A stretch of 64,000 bases of DNA. Source: Callorhinchus milii (lineage: Eukaryota). Of the stretch, positions 12,601 through 24,600 are shown in pieces. The notes below the pieces were generated by a model, which was not told the origin of the DNA, made no database searches, and saw only the letters and a list, made by a program, of their open reading frames with translations. The DNA lies in contig NW_024704743.1 in the NCBI RefSeq assembly GCF_018977255.1, positions 19,842,001 through 19,906,000 on the forward strand, given 5' to 3'. The translations under genes were made by a program, and so were the position numbers. Position 1 is the first letter of the stretch; the number at the start of each line of letters is the position of its first letter.

Positions 12601-15600
12601 TCCTATCATCAACAATGACCTTCTTATCTTCTCTTTCTAGCCATTTTCTGTTTACATTACCAATTCTCAATTCTCATGAGATTTCCTGCTCATCTGTAAA
12701 CCAAGAAAATTGCTAATTCAGTTTTAACCCATAGTCTGCTGAAAGAAACATCTCATATACAATTAGGATTAAAGTGCCACGTATTTGAAAGCAAAAGCAA
12801 GCAAGGTGCATTTTATCTTGGCTTATTTACACTCGTTTCTAACTGACTAAGCCAGGTATATTATGGGCCACACAAAATAACTCTCTGATATTAGTATGAA
12901 AAAGGTTGGTAAACAAAGGAATAATGTGAATAACAATTGAATAACTAATATTGCAAAACCCAAAGCAAAACGAATTGCACCTAAATTCTAAGTGTGGTAG
13001 AACCATTCCGTTTTATACTAGAAAAGATTTTTGCAGTTTACATGCAACAGTGTGCAGTAAATGTTAGTACTGTTTCAAGATTGATATTTTATGTACCTCC
13101 TTCTTCAGATAGTTCCAATGTACTTTCACTGTAGCAGGAGAAGCTGTGATTAAGCTCAGTTACCTCTGACTTTTCACCGGCAACACTTACACTGCCCACG
13201 CTTGTGGACTCAGATTGTTTACTGTAACGTTTTACCTTTTCTACAGCAAGGAAAGGAAAGCACACAAAGCAGGGTTGATGTAAAGCCAAATAAGATAACA
13301 GAAAATGTATTAAAGTGGTATCTCAAAATTTCACCAAACAACCATAAATGTGTAGGTGTATATGTTACCTACATACAAGATTGTGTACAAAGCCATGGCC
13401 AATTGAACATATATATAATCTGTAATTTCTCTGCACGTTTAAAATAAGTTGTCATTTTCATAAATTTATGTTTTATTTGCAAATGACAGATCAGAGAACA
13501 CAATGAGCATTCTTTTCTTTCCACTTAATCAACAGAACTAATAAATATTTGTTTTACACTCTTGAGTCACATTGGGCCAACCAGCGTTTCATTTTTTAGT
13601 AAATTCCTTTGTGATTGAGGTGAGCAATGTTAGTTCAGGGGAATTAAACACTTTTTTCATTTCAAACACCTCATGTCAGGATCAAATACTACTAGGTCAG
13701 ACCACACAAAATTGATACCTGCAAACCATAGTTCCCTTTATTCTATCCAAACAATTGTGTTGAAGTTCCAGCTTTTCGGAGCATCCAGAATTTGTCAGAT
13801 TCTTAAAAGTCTTTATTTTTGATGCTGGTTTTCAGTAAGTTATTTTAAGAACTATGGGGAGGACACATTTGCCAGGCTATGGGGGAGTGGGATTAATTTG
13901 GATAGCTCTTTCAAGGAGCTGGCACGGGCACGATGGGTCGAATGGCCCCCTTTGCTGTATAATTCTATGATTCTAACTACAGGTTTCAAAGTTAAAACTG
14001 AATTTAATTTGCTAAATCCTGCACACTTTGAAATGCTACATTGCTGGAATACAACTAGACCCTGGGGAATTTTACCTCCAAATGTGCCTTAAACTCATCA
14101 CTATACCCCAGTTCTCACACCAGCCATTCCAGCAACCTCCCTGAACAACATTAACAATTCAGAACCAAATTAGACAACTGTGTTGCATTGGTTTCACAAT
14201 CACATGAACCAAATTTGGACTTTTGCCAAAATGTTTCAAATAGGAAGCTTAAAGTCAGCAAATGGAGACCATCACACCATCATATTGGACTGACAAAGAG
14301 GACAACCTTCTCACACTAACTAAATTAAGTGACATTAGACAGGTTGGAATAGCACACCTGATAACCACCAACCAACTATGGTTAACTTTTTTATAAAAAG
14401 TATAATTAAAGAGCTGGGGGTTTGACAGTCCTTTTCACAGTTAACCAAACTTTTCAACTTTCTTGAACATGTATTTGCTTTTAAAATAATTATTATATTG
14501 ATGCATCAATTCAATTCCGAGTCAAATCAGATATGATCTGATATAGAAACCACATTGCACTGAAGTTCTATAGTGTAAAACGAGCATTAATTTGGGCTGC
14601 GTTTTAAAAATCAAATGGTACTCTGATGTTTCCAGTCTAACAATTACCTTCAACGTTAAGATCCCCACGACTATATTTCCAATTATTTGCTCACAGTTGA
14701 TGCTCAACGACTGTAATAACCAGTATACATTTAGGGTTGTTTTGCAAGCTTTTGAGATAATTGCTAATACATTGAAAAGAATAAAATAAAATGTGAAAAA
14801 TACAAAGTAAGCTATTTCTTTTTTCTTACCAAAAGTCAAATGATGATTATAGTTGTAGAAAAGCAATCAATCAATTTACCAATACAAATAGAACTATAAT
14901 ATTCTGTTTGTGTTTTGGGAAAGCACCAGTTCCAAATCTATAAACTTATAAACGTATATATTGATAACTAATGATTTCTGTAGAATGTGCATGCTGTACA
15001 ATTGGGAGGTTGGATGCCTGCGGTCATAAAGAAGAATCAACAATCAGAAAACCATGCAAAAAAAAGGTTCAATAAATGGAGAAAGTAAAACAAATCTAAA
15101 AATAAAAACAAGAGAATAGGGATAGAGAGAAAATGAGTGATGACAAAAGGAGTAACTTTTTAAAAAACAATAAAATTAAGTTTGTATTTAGTTTTAGTTT
15201 GCTGTTGTTAATATTACATTAATAAAGCTGTCTTGATATTTGAGTCGCTTTATTAATATAACATTAGTATGTATTCACTGCAAGGTCTGAAAATGTACAG
15301 AACCAGTTAGCTCATGGAGAGGAGTTCCCATAAACCTGCCAGCAATTTAATCATTGTCCTAATTTTGTTTGGTCAGCCGGGTGTCTGACATGTGGAAACC
15401 CAACACCATGTTTAAGAGCATCCAAACCAAATTGAGATTTCCATGCATCCCACCTCTACATGGAAATTCTCGAGATATTTATTGGAATGGAATGCGCACT
15501 CTCTCCCTGGAGGGACACACCCTGCTTACCTAATTCCGGAAAGTATTAGTGCAGGTTGGCAAGAGCCAAGGCTTGGGGACCCCAGAGTGTGCATTGGGGT

Positions 15601-18600
15601 ACTGCTAGAGTCTAACCAGATAAAACAGCATAGCTTGCCACTCAGAGCACCGCCTGGGACGCTTGTTCACCTGGCCCTTTTAGAGCTTTGAACTGAGTGA
15701 GAAGAGTCCCTGCCCACAGTGACTGATCTGCACTTCTGAGTCCTGCCAATGAGCCAGCCTGGCTATGCTGGCAGACCAGTTCTGGGGATTATTAATAACT
15801 CTAATAATATTCCTTGCATTTGAGATCCAAAAGTGCCTTTCACGTCGAGAGGTCATCTCAAAGTACTTCACAGAATTTATTGTGAAGTGTAATGACTATA
15901 TTTTGTAGGTGAGCACAGCAGCTAATCTGCGCGCATCAATGTCTTGCAAACAGCGATGAAGGGAATGACCAATTTTTTCTTGGGATTTGGTCAGAACCCT
16001 GGGAGAAACTCCCTTTTCTTTTTGAGTACATGACAACGTCCACCTGAACAAGCAGATTGGACCTCAGTTTAACATCCCATCTGAAGGATGGCACCTCTGC
16101 CAATGGAGTGTCAGGCGAGATTATGTGTGTTCAAAGTTGTGGCATGGGGCTTGAATCTACAGCCTTCTGATTCAGCTGTTTACCGAGCCAAGCTGATAGT
16201 GTAAGAGTAAAGGCCCTTTGATATTCTACCATACTAAACAAAATGAGGAATAATTACTAAAGTAGAAATAGCACAATGTTGACGATTAATTTTACTGTAT
16301 TGTGCGGTTTTTGAAAGCCTATATGAAGCTATTTATTTTGTTACGCACTTTAGATTTTTATTGTAGTTCTATTGAATCCTATCTAATGATGCAAATTGGC
16401 ATTGATTTACCTATAGTCCTCAGGGTCAGTCATTTCTTACTTCAAACTTTAATAATTTGGAGTTATTGGTTCTGTGTAACTCAAGGTCTCCAGGAAATTC
16501 TGCTCAATGATAATCTAAGGCTTTTTATTCATTAGAGCTGAGCCTGCGGTCATTGATTTTTTAAAAAATCATTACTCCTATGATGCTGCTGTTATTCTTT
16601 TTATTGAAATAAGATGTTTTTCAATATTTACAAATTTGTAAAATCCCTTCATAAATAAATAAAAATTTGGTCGCTCAATCCACGACTGTTTGTGCGACAA
16701 TGCTGTGTGCAATTGGCTGCCGAGTTTCACCCACAGTCAATCTACTTTACAATGTATTCTGTGAAGCTTTTTGAGACGTCTCAATGGCGTGATAAGGCGC
16801 CATATCAAATGCAAGGATTATCATATAGTATTTCTCATTGCATTCCCATTACACAAAATAATTAAGACTAAAAATAAAACTGAAAAGCAGACAGGAGCTA
16901 TACCAGAAAGCAAATGTAGACTCCGGGACTGGATGTTGTCTTCAAGAGGATCAAAGTCAAAGATGGAACCAGGATCTGTGCGCCATACTTTAAATTCTTT
17001 TAGCAGAAAAGGAAAGTCTATGAGAGATTCTAATAGTTTAGACAGTAGAGCCTAAACTATAAGCACTTTATAAGCCAGTGTTAACAATCCAACATACAAC
17101 TTAAACCAAAATGGTTGAAGTTCACAAAGCATAAGCAGTTGATACGCTTTATTTGTATATATTGGTACTTCTGCTATTTGAATCAGCTTTTAAAATTATA
17201 TATAAATTTACCAAGTCTAGGACCTCATAAGATGAACATTCATTATCCTTTCAAACATTTAAACCTAAAGCAAGCAACTTGAACTGTTTTTACAGGGGAT
17301 CTAACCCATGTTTTAATTGCCTGTCAGAATTGCCTCTTTCAAATAGACCTATGGCTTAGGAATGCTATAGCACAGACTTTGAAAGTGTATCACAATTTGC
17401 GCTGGTATTCAGCAGCACTCCGCAACAGAAACATGAAAATATTATGTTAATGTCAGCATCTTGTATATTTGCATTTGCTTTCACAATGTTCGGTTGCAAC
17501 CACTGGAGAGAACCATAGAAATCTACAGTACATTCCGCCTATCATGTCTGTGCTGGTTCTTTCAAAGAGCTACCATTTCAGTCCCATTCTCCTAACCCCT
17601 GTAGTTCACTACTCTCTGGATATCTTTCTAGTTCCCTTTTGAAAGTTAATATGGATTCTGCATCAACCACCACTCCTGGCAGAGAATTCCATGTCCTAAC
17701 CACTCTGTGTGTGAAAAACATTCTCCCAAATTCCCCATTTGCTTGCTATTGTAAATTGATGCCCTCTAGTCACCGATTCACTAACTAGGGAAATCATTTC
17801 TCGCTATTGGCTCCATCAAAATCTTGTATATATCTATTCCTTGACATCCTCCCAACACTGGACACAATATTCTAACTCCGATCCAACTAAAGATATATAC
17901 AGGTTTAGCATTAGCTCTTTGGTTATATTTTCTGTAACTATTTATAAAACCTAGGATTCTATTTGCTTTCTTGACAACTTTTCCCACCTGCCTTCCCACC
18001 TTTAAGTATTTATGTATGTTAACCCTTAGATCCCTCATCTCTTCCACGTCCTTTTTAAAGTTTTATCACCTAAAGTATACTTGCTCTCCTTATTATGCTT
18101 CCCAAAATGAAAGTCACACACCAGCAGCTATCAATCATTCCCAACTGTACCTCTTTGCCACATACTGCAACTAAAATGCAGCCCAAATTCCTATTTAATC
18201 TCTTATGATATTCTGGACAGAATCAATCTTCATGGCATTAAAACATGGCACACCTTTTCCCAAGGCTAGTGAAAATTTATTTTAATTAAAAACTCACTAT
18301 AGAGAAGTTAAACCCATTATAATTGAATTTTTTTAAAAAAAGAAGTGTTTTATCTGTACCTTACATTAAAAACAATACAGAGCTTCTTTAAGTTGGATAC
18401 ATTTAAAGCTGAATGGAAACAGGATTGATGCATCTCCAGAGAAGTAACGATGCATGATGTTTACCTGCAGGATGTGACATTTAACAGGGAAGCTAAGTTT
18501 TGAGCTTCTATTCAGTAGGGGTGGAGGGGGAGAGCTGTCTGTGATATAATTATTGCTGAAATAATCACTTCATTAGGGGCAAAAAGAAATACAAGTTTAA

Positions 18601-21600
18601 AGCCCTTCCCCTTGAAGAATGGTTCTCCCTCAGCCTTTTCTGCCTTTTCAGAATTGAGTGAGCACCATTTTTAATTTTAACAGAGCAACAGGGATTTGTT
18701 TTAAATTGCTAACTGCTAATCATTTTACTTTAGCTTCAATTTGTTGCTTTTTCAAATTATGCTTAGGCTAGTATCTGGGGGAAAGCACCAAATGCGCCCT
18801 CTCCACAAGATTGTCCCAATCCCATGGTGATAATTATGACAACACATCTCACACTTTCCCTGCCTTGTAAATGTTATTCTGCGGTTATAAAAATTTTGCA
18901 CATTTCTATTGCGTTCTCTGCGTAAGGTAACATCTCAAGAGCTTCACAAATACATTAGCAAGGGAGAAGGTGGAGAGGGGAGATGACCATAGTAGTCAAA
19001 AAGGTAGGTTGTAAATGGGATTTAAAGGCCTAGCAAGATGGAGGGGTATAGGGAATAGGGCTACAGGGATAAAATTCCAGAGGTTACTAGCTGAAGTGAT
19101 TAGTAACCACCAACGGAGGGAGATAATCACAAGCTTCAAAATCAGAAAACTTACCACCCACGACACCAGGTCTGCCTTTCTCCATCTCCACCACGTGAGG
19201 ATGCACTCCTTTGTAGGCAGCATCACTCACAAACTGAGTGTTCTTCCGTGCCTGGTCTATTGCAGGGTCATCAAGCCCTGGATTGAAGCCCCTGCCCTTT
19301 GTCTTTTCAAAGTCCTCGTGATATTTAATCTGTTAACAAAATAAAACAGAAATTGTTGATAATGTGGACAATTATTATTTCTTCCCATAGTGAACATATC
19401 ACAGTTTATCTTATCGAAAATATTAAAGTATACCTACACATATATTTAATGCTAATTTTCATACCCAAAATGCAGGCATGCAGTCAGATATGCTAATACA
19501 CAACCACACAGAGCTCACCAGGCATACACACTTCATACGTGCAGTCTCTCAGACTGTGTGCAATGGATCAGGTGTGAATGCTTTGGTTCTGCAAGCAGTG
19601 CTTGTGACACAAACAAAAAAACAGACAAGGTTTTCATTCAAAGTTTATTAAAAAAAATGAATTCTTTTGACGATCTCATCCATAGAGAATGGTTTAAAAA
19701 CTCTCTTGCACAAAAACATGCCTTGGGTGTTAATTTGGAAACAGCTTTGCCACACATGGGTTTCTATTAGTTTACCCAAGTTTATTACTGTCAAGTGCAG
19801 TCAGTACTAAAATCAGTGCGCAAGTGCCAGCTCTTCTATGTGCTGCTCTGGGGAGCTTCTTCCACTGTACCATGGAGATATTGTTTTGTGTCTCACGGAC
19901 ACGTTTCATTTCTGGTGTGTCTAAAAGGAGAACCGGTCTGCCTTTCATTTCCTTCAGGTCATACCTGTACTGAATCTGCAGGAAACAAATATAAGCAAAA
20001 TCAATTTTGCAACTTTAAAGTTACATGAAATCAACTAGGCCAGTTTCAAAATGTTCATGTAATCAACTCAAATAAAAAATTGTTTTAGTCAGCCAGGTGT
20101 CTAGCACATGTAGAAATCACCACCATGCTTAAGAGTATACAAACCAGACTGAGCTGCATATATGTGTGCCTCATACAAATTTCCCTGTGTCTGGAATGGA
20201 ATGAGCAGCCTGGCACACCTGGGTGAAGGGAGCTATGTTCACCTGGGTGCTTGTTGTAATTCTATCGTCTGTACTTATCAGGATGCTGCAACATTGTCAT
20301 CTATACTTTGCATGATGCGGCAACACACCCTGAAACTCTGGAACACTCTTCCTCTGTCCCTCCGCCTTACCCCATCCTTCCCCATCTTCAGATCGCACCT
20401 GAAGACCTTCGTCTTCATCCGTGCCTACAGCCACCTCCCCCTCCCACCGGCTCAAGCCACCTCCCCCTCCCACCGGCTCAGTGTCATGCTCTGCCACTGT
20501 CCAGCAATGTGGCACGCTAGCCTGCATGAGGGAAGCTATATAAATGCGTGTTATTATTGTGTTGAGCAAAAACTCAGAATGAGATTGTCAGAAACAAAAG
20601 GATACGAGGACTTGCCGAGCTGACATTTGCTTGATTCTTCTTGGCTCGTTCCATTTCAATAGTAACACTGACGGGAGTGCCCTTGCCAACCAGCTCTTTA
20701 TACTTGATCTATTGGGACAAACATGTCTTGTTAATACTTTCTCATTTACTTGGTGTAGATTTTTAAAAATTGTATTATTATATTTTGCGCACAAAATATA
20801 CAGTCAATTCATTTTACAGTATATTCTATGAAGCCCTTTCAGACATCTTTAAAACGTGATAAGGCGCTATACCAAATGCAAGGATTATTACTATTATACT
20901 GGTGGAAAAGATGAATGATTTTTTAAGTAATCCTTTCAATAATAATAATTCTATAATTACATTCACTTATAAATACCATTTTTTAGAAACTGATTTATAT
21001 ATTTAATTGTTTACACACGGAGCTAATGTTCTTCTGATTTTCTTTGACTCGTTTTAAGTCAAAAGGATCCGGAATTGCTGTTCCTTGACCAACTTCTTCT
21101 TTGTACTTCACCTTGTCAAACACAGAAATGTTCTACTTTAATAGATGTTGAAAAAAATAGCTATGCAAAATCCAAATAAAATGATTCTACCATTCCACAA
21201 TCAACCCAATTGCATCCGCTCCCCTTCTACAACACTGTAATCCAGTTCTATCTACTCCTCTTACAAAATACTGTAATCCAGTTCCACCCGCTCCCCTAAT
21301 CAAGCTCTGCTAACATTAAACACTCTAAGTCTCTATCCAAGTGAAGTCCGCTATACAAATTCAAGTCGTTGTTGTTATGGTGAGACAAACACACCTCATG
21401 TTGAGCCTGCCTCATACATTTGGTTCAGATTTTTTTTAAATGATATGGCTTTAACGAGTGGAAAAGATTGATGCACATCTAATTATTTTTCAAATGATAA
21501 TTACATTCATTAATAAATACTGCCTTTTTAGAAATGGATTTATATATTTAATTGTTTACACACCGAGCTGATGTTCTTCTGATTTTCTTTGACTCGTTTT

Positions 21601-24600
21601 AAGTCAAAAGGATCTGAAATTGATGTTCCTTGCCCAACTTCTTCTTTGTATTTCACCTTGTCAAACACAGAAATGTTCTACTTTAATAGCTTTTGTAAAC
21701 AAAAGTCACACTCATTAGGCAAGAGTTAGCAATCACAAGTTCTGTTTGGAAAAAAGGGCTCATCGGCCTGTTTGATCATTCTCATTTATCATCCGCATGT
21801 GTGTAGGGGGGTGTGGGGGGGGGGGATTTAAGCATAGTTTCCTTGGAGCTGGACTGGCTCCAAAATAGCATGCCTGGCAATGGAATATTGGAATCAAGTC
21901 AACCCTCTGGGGCGATCTCGGTAGTCCAGTTCCTGAGCCAAGTGGATCTATAGTACTCCAGGGCACTGCTGATAACACCACAGCCAGCCTGGCTCATCGG
22001 CAGAACCTGAAAGGGCAGACCAGTCACTGCCGGAAGGATTCTTCCCACTCAGCTCCTGTTAACCCTGTAAGTCAAAGCCCTGACAGTAGAGTGTTCCTAG
22101 CTGGGCAAGCAGCAGGAAAGCTTGTTAGGCAGTGCTTTCAATTGGAAACTATATGGTTTTAGCTGTTTGGACTCCAGTGGAAAAAATGTATGTATTTTGA
22201 AGTAATGCTTTCAAATTTCTATAATTACATTCATTAATACTGCCATTTTAGAAATTGATTTATATATTTAATCGTTTACACACCGAACTGATGTTCTTCT
22301 GATTTTCTTTGACTCGTTTTAAGTCAAAAGGATCTGGAATTGCTGTTCCTTGCCCAACTTCTTCTTTGTATTTCACCTTGTCAAACACAGAAATGTTCTA
22401 CTTTAATAGATTTAAAAAACAGTCACGCTCATTAGGCGAGACTTAGCAAGCACAAGTTCTGTTTGGAAAGAAAAGCCCATCGGCCTGTTTGATCTTTCTC
22501 ATTTATCATCTGTGTGTGTGTGTGATGGCGTTAAGTGTAGGTTCCTTGGAGTTGATCTGGCTCCAAAATAGCATGCCTGGCAATGGAATGTTGGAATCGA
22601 GTCAACCCTCTGGGGCGATCTCGGTAGTCCAGTTCCTGAGCCAAGTGAATCTGCAGTACTCCAGGGCATTGCTGATAACACCACAGCCAGCCTGGCTCAT
22701 CGGCAGAACCTGAAAGGGCAGACCAGTCACTGTGGGAAGGATTCTTCCCACTCAGCTCCTGTTAACCCTGTAAGTCAAAGCCCTGATAATAGGATGGTCC
22801 TAGCTGGGCAAACAGCAGGAAAGCTTGTTAGACAGTACTTTCAATAGAAAACTATACGGTTTAAGTTGTTTGGACTCCAGTGGAAAAAATTTAAGTATTT
22901 TGAAGTAATGCTTTCAAATTTCTGTAATTACATCCATTAATACTGTCGTTTTAGAAATTGATTTATATATTTAATCGTTTACACACCGAACTGATGTTCT
23001 TCTGATTTTCTTTGACTCGTTTTAAGTCAAAAGGATCTGGAATTGCTGTTCCTTGCCCAACTTCTTCTTTATATTTCACCTTGTCAAACACAGAAATGTT
23101 CTATTTTAATAAGTTTGTAAAAAGGCTGGACTTGGCAATCACAAGATCACAAGTTCTGTTTGGATGAATAAAGTCCTTTGGCCCAATTGGTCCCATCATT
23201 CTAAAATATCCACCCTATCATCCTCCCATTGCAGCATCAAGCTGTTTCTTAAATGAGTGCAGCGCCCTAGCCTCAAGAACCCTCCCCAGTTACCCAATCC
23301 AGTCATTATTTACCCTCTGAAAAAGTCCTTTTTTTTTGAATGACGTCGTGGTCACCCACACACTGCTCTTTGCATCCCTGAATCTATTCTGCTGTCCTGG
23401 CATATTTGAAAGAATTTTTGTGTTCATTTTCTTAATTCTGTTTAAAATCTAATATGAGGTCCCCTTCTGAAATATCTCTTAATGTACCTAATCATTGCTC
23501 CTAGCTCATTCCTCTAATTTTGGGAATCAATCTCAATGTTTTCAGGTTCATCGTCATCAATCTAATGTTTGGGTTAATGGAACAATTCCTTTCTAAGGTT
23601 AACTGCCGTAGGTTTTATTCACATGAAGAGGTATTTTTCTATGAGCAACTAACATTGAACACGTGGGAGCAAATAGGTACCATAACTCATGATAGCAGTC
23701 TCTTCACCCCCTTCTTCACATTAAAAAAAATCTCAGTTTTTCTTTTGGGGAGGGTGGAGTTACAAAAAGAATCCAAATAAAATGCCTCTACCTTTCCACA
23801 ACCAGAAAGAGTCTTACACTCTCCACTCCCATTCCAATAGACAATAATCCAGCTTAACCCACTCCCCTACGTTCTGTGGGGTTGTGAACAGGGAGCTTCA
23901 ATAGTTATTTGATGCATAAACAATAATAATAATCAGGTAAGAACCATGAATAAAGCTAATATCAAAAACAGCCACCACCACCATATAGCTAATACTCAAA
24001 TGTACAAAAGGATTCTTATCTATCCCTCACTCCCCCAACAAAAATAATTGGAACCTGACGACTGGGAGAAATGGTAAAATAGTAAATATCGCCTGATATT
24101 CAGGTTTCACATGGCCATTGCAAGAAAATGGGATGATAACAATATCAACCTGACACCAAATTCCCAATCTTTCCTTTTTTTTCCTCTAGTAAAGGACACT
24201 GGCCTTATTCCTGTCATGGTAGATAATGTCAGCTCCCAGGGCACTTGTATGCATGAGTAGAGCATGGAATTGGGACAGGATTCCAGCTGTGGACAACAGA
24301 ATGCTTTGATGGTCCATAAAACAAAGTCTGACAGCACACTAGCAACACCCGAGAAAAAATATTTGCATTTCTTCTACATGACTGTCTGCAGTTATTAATT
24401 ACATTTTTCGTTTGTTTGTTTTTACATATCATATTGCTTTTAGGTTGACTGAAGATCATAACCTGTCTGCGTGAGTTTATTCTTTCATGATTAACTAGTC
24501 AAGTACAAAGAGAGGTTAGAATGAATGCCCATGACCTTACAGGATTGATATGTTGTCATAATAAAATGATAATTATTGAGTCCTGTAGCTTAGTGGTTAG

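Larger units (their letters stand above)
20935..23165. repeat. Tandem segmental duplication, 4 exon-bearing units (spacings 545, 720, 703 bp)
   Basis: Exon plus flanking intron repeated four times; the two 700-bp intervals are near-identical along their length. Confidence 0.95.

Noticed and set aside
20935..23165. CRISPR-like or satellite reading of the regularly spaced repeats
   Set aside because: The units are spliceable coding exons with homologous introns in a vertebrate gene
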